Positions 19,893 to 29,065 of a stretch of 64,000 nt of DNA are shown here, in pieces; position 1 is the stretch's first letter; each line of letters begins with the position of its first letter. The notes under the pieces were generated by a model. It was not told where the DNA came from. It saw nothing but the letters and a program-made list of their open reading frames with translations, and searched no databases. The position numbers and the translations under genes are program-made. Source of the stretch: an uncultured Gemmatimonadales bacterium (lineage in GTDB: Bacteria > Gemmatimonadota > Gemmatimonadetes > Gemmatimonadales > GWC2-71-9); the NCBI GenBank assembly GCA_963828735.1, contig CAWHFW010000005.1:480001-544000 (forward strand), written 5' to 3'.

Positions 19893-20639
19893 GTGCGCTC
19901 CTTCGCCGTTCTGCTCCCTCTTGCGTTGATCGCGGGCCACGCGGCACCCAAGACGGGCCACGATCTGATTCGTCAGATGCACGCGCGATACGCCGACAAG
20001 TGGTACCGCACCATCACCTTTACCCAGACGACCTCCTATCCCGACCGGCCCGCGGAAACGTGGTACGAGGCCGGCACGATTCCCGGAAAGCTCCGCATCG
20101 ACGTGGAGCCGCTCGACAGCATGACCGCGTTCATGTTCATCGGCGACTCGACGATCGTCTTCAAGGGCGGGACGAGGGTCGCCGCCCGTCAGGACCGCAA
20201 CCTGCTCATGACCCTGGGCTTCGACGTCTACGGGCAGCCACCCGAGACCACGGTGGCGCAGCTCGCGGAGGCGGGCATCGACATGGGCAAGGTGCGGGAG
20301 GACCGCTGGAACGGCACGAAGGTGTGGGTGGTCGGGGCCGCCAAGGGCGACACGGCGACGAGCCAGTTCTGGATCGAGCAGGATCGTCTGCTCTTCGTGC
20401 GCCTGATCGAGGCCAGGCCCGCCAAGCAGGCCGGCGCGCCGCCCAACCTCCTCGACGTCACGTTCGAGAACTATGCGCCGCTGGGAAAGGGCTGGATGGC
20501 GCCCAAGGTGGTGATCAAGCTGAACGGCAAGGAGGTCCAGCGGGAAGAGTATCACGACGTGCGGGCCGACACCCCGCTGCAGCCCGACCTCTACGACATG
20601 CAGACCTATCACAAGGCGGAGTGGATCCGGCCTCACTAG
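19893..20639 (+). CDS. secreted hypothetical protein, LolA-like/lipoprotein-sorting fold suspected
   Basis: GGAGG RBS, signal peptide; TITFTQTT, PGKLRID, QFWIEQDRLLFVR. Confidence 0.7.
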   Translation: MRSFAVLLPLALIAGHAAPKTGHDLIRQMHARYADKWYRTITFTQTTSYPDRPAETWYEAGTIPGKLRIDVEPLDSMTAFMFIGDSTIVFKGGTRVAARQDRNLLMTLGFDVYGQPPETTVAQLAEAGIDMGKVREDRWNGTKVWVVGAAKGDTATSQFWIEQDRLLFVRLIEARPAKQAGAPPNLLDVTFENYAPLGKGWMAPKVVIKLNGKEVQREEYHDVRADTPLQPDLYDMQTYHKAEWIRPH

Positions 20640-20733
20640 GAGCTCGCCGGCGATGGCGCGCGGGAGAGGGAGATGGCAGATTCGGAAACGTCGGTTCAGC
20701 CATCTTCCTCTGGAGCGTACCCGGAGAGTCTCC

Positions 20734-21831
20734 ATGATCAATTCGCTATCGGCCGCGACGTCCGTGCTGGCCTCCATCGCCCTCGTGACGCTCGCCTGTT
20801 CGGATGCCGCCGCCCCTTCGTCCCCCGCCGCCATTGCGCTCAAGAACAAGAGCGCCACGCCCGCCCTCACCCCCCAGCAGAGCGGCACGACCAACCGCCT
20901 TCAGGCCATCAGCCCGGTCAACGCGCGGGTCGCCTGGGCCAGCGGCACCGGCGGCACCTACGTCGTCACTACCAACGGCGGCGAGACCTGGCGCGCCGGC
21001 GTGGTGCCGGGCGCGGAGGCGCTCGAGTTCCGCGATGTCGAAGGGGTGAGCGAGCGCGTCGCCTATCTCATGGCGGCCGGCCCGGGGGAGGACTCGCGCA
21101 TCTACAAGACGGAGGACGGGGGCGCCACCTGGGCCCTGCAGTTCCAGAACGAGGACCCGAGCGCCTTCTATGACTGCTTCGCCTTCTGGGACGCGAAGAG
21201 CGGCGTGACGTTCAGCGACGGCGTGAACGGCGTGTTCCCGGCCATTCGCACGACGAACGGCAGGACCTGGCAGAACATCGGCTCGCGGCTTCCCGCCGCG
21301 CAGGCGGGCGAAGCGGCCTTTGCCGCCAGCGGGACGTGCATCGCGGCTCAAGGTGGGAAGCGTGCCTGGATCGCGACCGGCGGCGCCCCGAAGGCGCGGG
21401 TCCTCGCCACCACCGACGGCGGGGACAGCTGGCAGGCCTTCGACACTCCGATCACGCAGGGCACGCCGTTTTCCGGCGGGATCAGCATCGCGTTCCGCGA
21501 TCCCCACCACGGCATCCTCGCCGGCGGGGACCTGGTCAGCAGCGCCGTCCCCACCGACAACGTCGCGGTCTCGGACGATGGCGGCAAGACGTGGACCCTC
21601 GCGAGCCCGACGCCGTTCGCCAGCGCCGTGTACGGCCTCGCCTACGTGCCCGGGTTCGGCAAGCGCACCGTCGTCGCGACCGGGCCGGCGGGCGCCGCGT
21701 GGTCGTCCGATGACGGCGCCTCGTGGACCAGCTTGCCCGGCGTCTCGGGCTTCTGGGCGGTCGGCATCGCCGGCCGGAGCGCCGGGTGGCTGGTCGGGGT
21801 CGGCGGGACGATCACCAAGATCAGCTTCTGA
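20734..21831 (+). CDS. BNR/Asp-box (YCF48-like) beta-propeller lipoprotein
   Basis: lipobox TLAC; repeated T/SxDGGxTW Asp-boxes; EAAFAASGT. Confidence 0.85.
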   Translation: MINSLSAATSVLASIALVTLACSDAAAPSSPAAIALKNKSATPALTPQQSGTTNRLQAISPVNARVAWASGTGGTYVVTTNGGETWRAGVVPGAEALEFRDVEGVSERVAYLMAAGPGEDSRIYKTEDGGATWALQFQNEDPSAFYDCFAFWDAKSGVTFSDGVNGVFPAIRTTNGRTWQNIGSRLPAAQAGEAAFAASGTCIAAQGGKRAWIATGGAPKARVLATTDGGDSWQAFDTPITQGTPFSGGISIAFRDPHHGILAGGDLVSSAVPTDNVAVSDDGGKTWTLASPTPFASAVYGLAYVPGFGKRTVVATGPAGAAWSSDDGASWTSLPGVSGFWAVGIAGRSAGWLVGVGGTITKISF

Positions 21832-21842
21832 CTCGTATGACG

Positions 21843-21878
21843 ACGAAGGGCCTCGCCGGATCCGGCGAGGCCCTTCGT
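21843..21878. terminator. perfect 36-bp palindrome between convergent genes (bidirectional terminator)
   Basis: ACGAAGGGCCTCGCCGGA|TCCGGCGAGGCCCTTCGT. Confidence 0.75.
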
Positions 21879-21912
21879 GGTGTGCGGCTGGTCGCAAGAT
21901 CCCGACGCCGGA

Positions 21913-22977
21913 TCAGGGCTCCACGACGATCTGCCCCGTCATGAACGGGTGCGGCGTGCAGTGATAGGCGTAGGTTCCCGGCCGGTCGAAGAGCCGTTCA
22001 TACGCCTTGCCCGGATCGATCAGCCCCGAGTCAAATCCGCCATCATCGGCCGTTACCGTGTGCTGGAGCTGGTCCCCGTTGGTCCACCGCACGGTCGTTC
22101 CCGCGCGCACGTGGACCACCTTCGCGTCGAACGCGAGGTTGGCGATCCGCACGGCCGTCGCGCCCGGCGTGGCGGCGTGCTGGGTCGTGTCCTGCGCCGC
22201 CGGGGTCTTCCCCCGGTGGCCGAAGTACCGCGAGAGCGTGAACGGAATGGTGAACTCGAAGCCCGCCATGTGGGCGCCCGACACGCCGCGTGAGGAGCCC
22301 TCGATCGAGGCACTCTGGGTGTTGGTGAACTGGATCGAGAGCGTGTGCGGAGTGTAGGGGATCCGGATCTGCGCACCCGCGCCCCAGGCCGCCGTCTTCA
22401 GGTCCGCCCCATCCGGCGCGTTCACGAAGCCGAACACGTCGCCCGCGAAGCTGAGCCAGTTCGTGACCCGGACCACCGCCCCGCCGCCCGCGCCCCAGAG
22501 CGACTGCTGCACGTCGTACCCGTTCGTCATGCCGCGCACCGTGCCGAGGAGCCGCACGCGGCCGAGCGTCCGGACCAGGCTCAGCTCGCCGTCCACGCTC
22601 TGCGGAGCGAACGCGTAGCCACCCGTCGCGGTGACGTCGAGCGGGGCACCGTGCGACTGCCGGAACAGCTGCCGGCGCAGTGTCAACTGGTATTCGTTGG
22701 GGATGCCCGTGAAGACGGTGGAGTTGGTCGCGTAGTCGAGGGCGACGTTGAATTCGTACGGGAGCCCCGTAGCCAGCCGGAAGTTCGGGAAGCTCGTGAC
22801 CTTCCGGGCCGGGGGCGGGCTGACCTCGAAGCGGTGCAGGAAATTGAACTGGATGACCCCGGTCGGCACGACCCACCCGTTGTCGAGGTTGGGCGTGCGG
22901 TCGACGACTCCCTGCGCCTCGACACCCGGCGCCGAAATGAACAGGAGCAGCGCGGCGGCCGCGCCCGTCCTGATCAT
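21913..22977 (-). CDS. beta-barrel (DUF5777-like) protein fused to a C-terminal type-1 cupredoxin
   Basis: signal peptide; FNFLHRF, HTLSIQFTN, GFEFTIPF amphipathic strands; QHTV...YHCTPHPFM Cu ligands. Confidence 0.75.
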   Translation of the reverse strand: MIRTGAAAALLLFISAPGVEAQGVVDRTPNLDNGWVVPTGVIQFNFLHRFEVSPPPARKVTSFPNFRLATGLPYEFNVALDYATNSTVFTGIPNEYQLTLRRQLFRQSHGAPLDVTATGGYAFAPQSVDGELSLVRTLGRVRLLGTVRGMTNGYDVQQSLWGAGGGAVVRVTNWLSFAGDVFGFVNAPDGADLKTAAWGAGAQIRIPYTPHTLSIQFTNTQSASIEGSSRGVSGAHMAGFEFTIPFTLSRYFGHRGKTPAAQDTTQHAATPGATAVRIANLAFDAKVVHVRAGTTVRWTNGDQLQHTVTADDGGFDSGLIDPGKAYERLFDRPGTYAYHCTPHPFMTGQIVVEP

Positions 22978-23348
22978 GGTGCAGTCACGGTCAAGGTGCC
23001 CTTCATGAAGGGATGGATCCGGCAGAAGTAGGTGTAGGTGCCGGGCGCGCCCGCGGTGAACTGGAACGTCTGGCCCTGGCCGAACGCGCTCGAGTCGAAG
23101 GCCCCGTCGTCGGCGGAGACGGTGTGCTGGTCGGGGTCCTCGTTGGTCCAGGTCACCGTGGTGCCGCTGGTCACGCTCAGGTTGGGCGGCACGAACGCGA
23201 ACTTCTGAATGGCGACCGTGGTTCCGAGGGTCGGTTCCTCGGGGGCGGTCGTCGGACGGTCGCTGACGCATGCGACGAAGCCCGCTGCGAGCCAGGGGAG
23301 TCCCCCGGCCCGCAGCGCGCGCATCACCGTCCTCCGGCCAAGTGCCAT
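22974..23348 (-). CDS. plastocyanin/amicyanin-like cupredoxin lipoprotein
   Basis: lipobox FVAC; GTTVTWTN, QHTV, YFCRIHPFMKG. Confidence 0.9.
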   Translation of the reverse strand: MALGRRTVMRALRAGGLPWLAAGFVACVSDRPTTAPEEPTLGTTVAIQKFAFVPPNLSVTSGTTVTWTNEDPDQHTVSADDGAFDSSAFGQGQTFQFTAGAPGTYTYFCRIHPFMKGTLTVTAP

Positions 23349-23355
23349 AGCGTCT

Positions 23356-23766
23356 CTACTGCACGACGACCGTGCCGCTCATCGCCGCCCCATGTACGGC
23401 GCACTCGTACTGGTAGGTGCCCGCGGTCGTGAAGGTAAAGGTGTACGTCATCCCGTCACCGGCCATGATCGTGCTGCTCGTAAAGCTGGGCGTGCCCTCC
23501 GACAGGACGCTGTGCGAGATGGATCCGGTGCCGGTCCAGGTCCAGGTCACGGGCTGTCCGACCGTCACCGTATCCAGGGCGGGCCGGGTGCCGTTGTGGC
23601 TGCTCTGGAAGAAGTCGTTGCCGACGATGACCGCGCCGACCGGCCCACCGCCCGTGCCGCCGGTGCCACCGGTGCCGCCATTGTTCGGGGCGGTGGTGCT
23701 ATTGCTGGAGCACCCGAGCGCGGCGGCCATGGCGCCGGCCAGCATCCAGGTGCGGGTGATACGCAT
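23356..23766 (-). CDS. plastocyanin/azurin-family cupredoxin lipoprotein
   Basis: lipobox ALGC; Gly/Thr linker; SHSV, YECAVHGAAMSG; GGAGG RBS. Confidence 0.9.
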   Translation of the reverse strand: MRITRTWMLAGAMAAALGCSSNSTTAPNNGGTGGTGGTGGGPVGAVIVGNDFFQSSHNGTRPALDTVTVGQPVTWTWTGTGSISHSVLSEGTPSFTSSTIMAGDGMTYTFTFTTAGTYQYECAVHGAAMSGTVVVQ

Positions 23767-23839
23767 GCCTTCCTCCTCCTCGTGTGTCGTCCGGAGCCCG
23801 CGGACACGTCTTGCCCGCGCCGGGCGTCTTGATCACCTT

Positions 23840-23882
23840 ATCTGTTATAACAGATCTCGTCAAGGCATTTGTTGTCACAGAC
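23840..23882. promoter_or_regulatory. probable MarR operator pair in the divergent promoter
   Basis: perfect palindrome ATCTGTTATAACAGAT (23840-23855) and a 12/16 copy ATTTGTTGTCACAGAC (23867-23882). Confidence 0.65.
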
Positions 23883-23945
23883 GTCGGAGCCACTCTGTCC
23901 CCTGTTGCAGCACGCACCAGTCCTCAACCGCCGAGCGCAACCGAC

Positions 23946-24414
23946 ATGCGCCACCTCCGGCAGGCCATCAAGCAGCGGAAGCCGTTCGAGAGCCTCCAGC
24001 AGGAGGTCTTCCTGGAGGTGCTGCGCACCGGGCACGCGCTGGTGCAGGATCTCGTCGACCTCCTCAAGCCGTATGGCCTGACGCAGCCGCAGTACAACGT
24101 CCTCCGGATCCTCCGCGGCGCGCGGCCCGACGGCTTGTCCACGGGTGAGGTGGGTGACCGGATGGTGGCGAGCCGCGAGCCGGACGTCACGCGGCTCCTC
24201 GTGCGGATGGAGCGGCTCGGGCTGCTGGTGCGCGAGCGGCGGCCCGACAATCGACGGTTCGTCACCGCGCGCATCACACGCCGCGGGCTCCGACGTGCTC
24301 AAGGCGCTCGACGGCCCGGTGAAGGGCATGCACGCCTCGCAGCTTCGCCACATGTCGCGGCGGGATCTCGAACGGCTGGCGGGATTGCTCGAGCGGGCGC
24401 GGCGGGAAGGATGA
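23946..24414 (+). pseudogene. MarR-family regulator with one +1 frameshift near 24290 (possibly an assembly error)
   Basis: YGLTQPQYNVLRIL...DVTRLLVRME...DNRR; the C-terminal helix DVLKALDGPV...LERLAGLLERAR continues in another frame after GGGCTC-C-GAC. Confidence 0.8.
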
Positions 24415-24431
24415 CCACGGGTTGCAAGCAC

Positions 24432-24458
24432 AAAAAAAGGGCTCCTCGAAGGAGCCCT
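24432..24458 (-). terminator. intrinsic terminator for the leftward transcript
   Basis: 9-bp stem AGGGCTCCT/AGGAGCCCT followed by a T-tract on the minus strand. Confidence 0.8.
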
Positions 24459-24536
24459 AACTTCCCTCCATCCTCGGAGGCCTCGAGGATAGCCACGCCC
24501 GCTGTGATCCCACTCAGGGGCTTCCGACCAGCTTCG

Positions 24537-24767
24537 CTAGTTCCGCACGTATTGTGTCGCCGGCTCGGGGTCCGACCGCAATGCCAGGTAGTGCCAGTAG
24601 GCCCCGACCGCGCCCCCGCGGTCCCCGGGCACGTCGGCCAGGCGGCCCTCCTCGCGCAAGTGCGTGGCCAAGTGTTCGGTGAGGTGGTAGGCGTACGCCT
24701 CTTGGGCGTCGGCAGCAGTGGCCCCGACGAGCATCAGCAGAGCCGTGTATCGAATAGCGCTGCGCAT
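24537..24767 (-). CDS. small secreted hypothetical protein
   Basis: signal peptide ending ADA; GGAG RBS; co-oriented with the DUF4397 gene and followed by a terminator. Confidence 0.55.
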   Translation of the reverse strand: MRSAIRYTALLMLVGATAADAQEAYAYHLTEHLATHLREEGRLADVPGDRGGAVGAYWHYLALRSDPEPATQYVRN

Positions 24768-24794
24768 CGATTATCTCCCAATTTCGTTCGTTGT

Positions 24795-25481
24795 CTAATT
24801 CAGGTCAGGCAGCAGGAGGAAATCGAACGGCGCCCCGCCACCTGGCGCATCCACCGCGATCACGGTGCGCACCTGCCCGCTCTCCAGCGTGAGGGTGCCG
24901 CTGTCGAGTGCCACCACCTTGGTCCCGGCCGGCGTCACCCGGACCTGGTAGTCCCCCGCCGGCACCTCGAGATAGTCGGCCACGTCGCCGAACTCGACGC
25001 TGGTGAGCACGGGCAGGGCCGTTTCGATGGCCGCGCCGGGCGCCGTGACGTAGACATCCACCGCGGGCGCACCTGGGGCGCCGTGAATGGCGCGAACTCG
25101 AGCGCTGCCGGACGCAGGCGTGGAATTGTCGTCCAGCAGCACGATCGGCGTGATCTCGGCGGTGACATTGGAGGCGATCACGGTGTAATCGGCGCCGTCC
25201 GTGAGCGTCACGTCCGCATCGATGACCGTGGTGGCCGTGCCCGCCGCGTTCACCTTGAGCTTGTGCGCGCCGGCGGAAGCCTCGAGGTAGTCCGAGGCCT
25301 CGAGGTAGGTCACGTCACTCAGCACTCTGTTGTCGTCGAGCAGGACGTCCACATTTGGCGCGTCAGGGGAGGCATGGACGACCCTGACACGGGCTTCGCC
25401 TGCCGGCCCCGTGTTGTCGTCGTCGCAGGCGGCCGTCAGCGCGGTGGCGGCCAGCAGCAGTGTGAGCAGCTTGAGCTTCAT
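24795..25481 (-). CDS. DUF4397-domain lipoprotein
   Basis: lipobox TAAC; ARVRVVHASPDAPNVDV and ARVRAIHGAPGAPAVDVY repeats. Confidence 0.9.
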   Translation of the reverse strand: MKLKLLTLLLAATALTAACDDDNTGPAGEARVRVVHASPDAPNVDVLLDDNRVLSDVTYLEASDYLEASAGAHKLKVNAAGTATTVIDADVTLTDGADYTVIASNVTAEITPIVLLDDNSTPASGSARVRAIHGAPGAPAVDVYVTAPGAAIETALPVLTSVEFGDVADYLEVPAGDYQVRVTPAGTKVVALDSGTLTLESGQVRTVIAVDAPGGGAPFDFLLLPDLN

Positions 25482-25499
25482 TGGTGTCGATCCTCCGGG

Positions 25500-25721
25500 T
25501 TAGCTGGCGGTCGAGAGCTGCCAGCGGTGCTGAATCGCCTTCCACTGCAGCGCCTGATAGAGGCCGGCGAGCCCCACGAGGATGTACACCGCGCGGCTGA
25601 GAGGACTCAGATTGCCGAAAATGGTTCCCACTAGATCCATCCCCCCCGTCACGCCCACCACGCCCCAGTTGAGGCCGCCGACGACGAGAAGCGCGGCAGC
25701 CAACACGTCCATCTTTTTCAT
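25500..25721 (-). CDS. DUF378-domain small membrane protein
   Basis: LLVVGGLNWG...DLVGTIFG...SRAVYILVGLAGLY; GGAGG RBS. Confidence 0.88.
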   Translation of the reverse strand: MKKMDVLAAALLVVGGLNWGVVGVTGGMDLVGTIFGNLSPLSRAVYILVGLAGLYQALQWKAIQHRWQLSTAS

Positions 25722-25736
25722 GGTCCAACCTCCGGA

Positions 25737-25843
25737 TGTTTGAACTATGTCTAACAATCGTCGAGCAAACTAGGCTACGTACCGCCAACTGTCAAGCGTT
25801 TGTCTAATTCATTATCTTGACAATAGCTAGACGACGCTGTACA
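25737..25843. promoter_or_regulatory. CarH/LitR-type operator repeats in the divergent promoter
   Basis: TnnACA-like hexamers at 10-11 bp spacing. Plus strand: TTGACA 25817, TAGACG 25828, TGTACA 25838. Minus strand: TAGACA 25806, TTGACA 25795; TCGACG 25764, TAGACA 25753, CAAACA 25742. Confidence 0.65.
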
Positions 25844-25851
25844 GTGGAGGA

Positions 25852-26796
25852 GTGACCGAGTCCACGCTTCCACCTTCCGCCGCGCCTCGCTACCCCGTTC
25901 GGCTGGTCGCCCTCCGGACCGGACTGTCGCCCCACGTACTCCGTGCTTGGGAGCGCCGCTACCGCGTTGTCACGCCCACCAGGACAGAGGGGGGCCAGCG
26001 CCTCTATTCCGACCTGGACGTCGAGCGCCTGCTGCGCCTGCGCCGACTCACCGAGCACGGCCACGCGATCGGGCGCATCGCCTCGCTCCCACTCCCTGAA
26101 CTGGCGCGCTTGGAACAGGAGGCGCCGCCGGAACCGCTGGGGTTCGCAAGCGACGAGGCGGCGGAGGCTGCCACCGCGGCCCTCCAAGCCACGCGGCGGC
26201 TCGATGCACCGGAGCTGCAAGCCGTGCTCGAGCGGGCCGCCCTCACGCTCGGCGTTCCCCTGTTCCTCGATCAAGTCGTCGCTGCACTGCTCGGACGGAT
26301 CGGCGACGGCTGGAGCGAGCACTCGGTTTCCGTGGCCCAGGAGCACATGGCTTCGGCCCTCATACGGCGGGTGCTGGGCTGGCTCTTGCGCGTGTACGAG
26401 GTGAGGAACGGCGCGCCCAGGGTGGTGGTCGCCACGCCGCCGCAGCACTCGCACGAGCTCGGCGCCCTCATGGCGGCGGCCAGCGCCGCGGCCGAAGGCT
26501 GGAACGTGACCTACCTCGGTCCCGACCTGCCGGTGGCCGACCTCGTCAGCGCGGTCGGGCAGTCGGACGCGCGAGCGGTGGCGATCAGCGCCGTGTATCA
26601 GCCTCAAGGCGTTGATCTGCTCGAAGTGCTGCGCGACATCCGGGCGCGGCTTCCCGGCCACGTCACCCTGCTTGTAGGCGGCACTGGCGCGCTTCGGGTC
26701 CGCGTGGAGGCCGAGGCAGCGGGGGCGCGTGTGATTGAATCGCTGACCGAGTTTCGGACCCTGCTCCCTCGCCTGGCGAAAGAGACGGCTGAATGA
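25852..26796 (+). CDS. carH: MerR-family B12-binding photoreceptor/repressor (CarH/LitR-like)
   Basis: LRAWERRY MerR HTH; W-x9-EH (WSEHSVSVAQEH); HELG cobalt ligand; YLGPDLP. Confidence 0.88.
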   Translation: MTESTLPPSAAPRYPVRLVALRTGLSPHVLRAWERRYRVVTPTRTEGGQRLYSDLDVERLLRLRRLTEHGHAIGRIASLPLPELARLEQEAPPEPLGFASDEAAEAATAALQATRRLDAPELQAVLERAALTLGVPLFLDQVVAALLGRIGDGWSEHSVSVAQEHMASALIRRVLGWLLRVYEVRNGAPRVVVATPPQHSHELGALMAAASAAAEGWNVTYLGPDLPVADLVSAVGQSDARAVAISAVYQPQGVDLLEVLRDIRARLPGHVTLLVGGTGALRVRVEAEAAGARVIESLTEFRTLLPRLAKETAE

Positions 26797-28286
26797 CTCG
26801 TAAGGGGGAGCTCGTCCTGCTAACTGGTGCGACCGGCTATGTGGGTGGTCGCCTACGGAGGGCCCTGGAGGCTGAGGGGCGCCCTCTGCGCTGCATGGCG
26901 CGGCGGCCCGAGTACCTGCGTACGCGGGTGGCGGAGGGCACCGACGTCGTTGCGGGAGACATCCTGAAACCCGACACGCTACCCTCTGCCCTTCGAGGCG
27001 TGCACACCGCGTATTACCTGATCCATTCCATGGCTGCCTGCAAGGACTACGCGGCCAGCGACCGGCGCGGCGCCGAGGCATTCGCCCGCGCCGCCCGGGA
27101 GGCAGGCGTTCGGCGGATCATCTATCTCGGTGGCCTGGGCGAGGGAGACCAGCTGTCGCGGCATCTGGCAAGCCGCCAGCAAGTCGGCCGTATCCTGCGC
27201 GAGTCAGGCGTGTCGACCATTGAGTTCCGTGCCTCGATCGTGATCGGGTCCGGCAGCCTCTCCTTCGAGCTGGTGCGCGCGCTCGTCGAGAAGCTCCCGA
27301 TCATGCTGACGCCCCGCTGGGTGGAGTCATCCACTCAGCCGATTGGAGTCGAGGACCTGGTGGACTACCTGGTCGCTGCGCTCGACCTCCCGACGGAGGT
27401 GGGGGTTGTCTACGAGGTCGGCGGGCCTGATCGCGTCTGCTACGGGGACCTCATGCGCGAGTATGCCCGGCTTCGCGGCCTTCGGCGCGTCATGATCCCG
27501 GTGCCCGCCCTGACGCCTCGCCTCTCGAGCCTCTGGCTGGGGCTGGTCACGCCGGTGTACGCGCAGGTCGGTCGAGAGCTGATCGAGGGCGTCCGCAATC
27601 CGACCGTGGTGAGTGACGACCGCGCACTCGAGGACTTCCGCATTCGGCCTCGCGGGATCCGGGAAGTGCTGGCCCGCGCGCTGATCAACGAAGATCTCGG
27701 CTTTGCCGCGACGCGCTGGTCGGATGCGCTCTCCTCCCGGCGTGTCGGCCGCAGCTGGGGCGGGGTGCGGTTCGGCTCCCGCCGAGTGGACTCACGCGCG
27801 GCCTGGGTCGCCTGCCCTCCGGAGCAGGCATACCGTCCGATCTCGCGCATCGGCGGCCAGGTCGGTTGGTACTACGGCAACCGCCTCTGGAGGCTGCGCG
27901 GACTGATGGATCTCGCGGTCGGCGGCCCGGGCCTGCGCCGCGGCCGTCGGGACGCGGACTCACTCTCTCCCGGGGACACTTTGGACTTCTGGCGGGTCGA
28001 AGCGGTCGAACCGGGTCGTCTGCTCCGCCTGGCCGCTGAGATGCGGCTACCGGGGAGGGCGTGGCTGCAATTCGAGGTGACGCCGGAAGCCGGCGGAAGC
28101 CTGATCCGGCAGACCGCTCTGTTCGATCCTGTCGGCTTGCGCGGCCTCCTCTACTGGTATGCGCTGTGGGGCATCCATCGGCTGGTCTTCGCGGGGATGC
28201 TGCGCAACATCGTTCGTGCGGCCGCGGGAGGTGACGCGCGGCTTCACAACTCCTCCGTACCGTCCGTCGCGACTCAGGCGCGATGA
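26793..28286 (+). CDS. atypical SDR NAD(P)-binding protein with C-terminal DUF2867 (YbjT-like)
   Basis: TGATGYVGG, AYYLIHSM, IGSGSLSFE, IGGQVGWY, LDFWRVE, AEMRLPGRAWL; ATGA coupling. Confidence 0.9.
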   Translation: MTRKGELVLLTGATGYVGGRLRRALEAEGRPLRCMARRPEYLRTRVAEGTDVVAGDILKPDTLPSALRGVHTAYYLIHSMAACKDYAASDRRGAEAFARAAREAGVRRIIYLGGLGEGDQLSRHLASRQQVGRILRESGVSTIEFRASIVIGSGSLSFELVRALVEKLPIMLTPRWVESSTQPIGVEDLVDYLVAALDLPTEVGVVYEVGGPDRVCYGDLMREYARLRGLRRVMIPVPALTPRLSSLWLGLVTPVYAQVGRELIEGVRNPTVVSDDRALEDFRIRPRGIREVLARALINEDLGFAATRWSDALSSRRVGRSWGGVRFGSRRVDSRAAWVACPPEQAYRPISRIGGQVGWYYGNRLWRLRGLMDLAVGGPGLRRGRRDADSLSPGDTLDFWRVEAVEPGRLLRLAAEMRLPGRAWLQFEVTPEAGGSLIRQTALFDPVGLRGLLYWYALWGIHRLVFAGMLRNIVRAAAGGDARLHNSSVPSVATQAR

Positions 28287-28388
28287 AGGTCGACGGGGTC
28301 GTGGCGTGCTACCCTGAGCGCTTGAACGGCGCAACCAGGTCCTAAGATCGACTTTATGGCGGCGGATTCGCAGACCACGTGCTTCGAG

Positions 28389-28901
28389 ATGCCCGACGGA
28401 GCAACCATCCTCATCGTGGACCACGACCCATCGTTGCGCCGATCGCTGCGCAGGATGCTCGAGATGGAGGGAACTTCCGTGGTGGAGGCAGTCGACGGCG
28501 AGCAGGCCCTTCGTGTGATTGAGGGGGACGGCGAGGATCAGCTGCTCGACGTGGTCCTGACCAGCCTGCTTCTGCCCCTCATGTCCGGCCCCGAATTGAT
28601 CGCTGTACTCCTCGAATGCCGCGTGGCATTGCCGGTCGTGGCTATGTCGGGATCGCTCGAAGTGCCGGCCGACTTCCCTACAGTGCCGCTTCTGCGGAAG
28701 CCGTTCGACCATGAGGAGCTGGTGCGAACAGTGACCCCCCTCATTCTCAGCTCGCAAGCGAATCGCCGGCGGGCACGGCATGCGCGCGCTGATGCCGCCG
28801 AAGCGCGTACACTGGCCGAACGAACAGACGATCTGTTCCAAGAAATTGTGCTGCGCACTCCTCGAGGGTATGACCTCAACAGCGATAGGCCACCGGGATG
28901 A
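28389..28901 (+). CDS. atypical response-regulator receiver (phospho-Asp replaced by Ser)
   Basis: TILIVDHD, EAVDGEQAL, VVLTSLLLPLMSG, VVAMSG, LRKPF; start may be 28356. Confidence 0.7.
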   Translation: MPDGATILIVDHDPSLRRSLRRMLEMEGTSVVEAVDGEQALRVIEGDGEDQLLDVVLTSLLLPLMSGPELIAVLLECRVALPVVAMSGSLEVPADFPTVPLLRKPFDHEELVRTVTPLILSSQANRRRARHARADAAEARTLAERTDDLFQEIVLRTPRGYDLNSDRPPG

Positions 28902-29065
28902 GGCAGGCTGGAGTGAGGCGGATGTACTGGCATCTGGTCCCGGTAAGACGTAAGTCGCCTCGCAGCGCCGCACCCCGTATCAAGAAGCATCGCGTCCAGG
29001 AGGCCACGACAGAGCCCCGATGGCGCGGCTAGCGCGACCGGGGCTCGGCACTGGATGCAGCTCCC

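Noticed and set aside
4119..23831. Shared CAAGACGCC motif upstream of three genes (about 4120, 6465, 23823)
   Set aside because: Too short for this GC content and at inconsistent distances; not distinguishable from chance.
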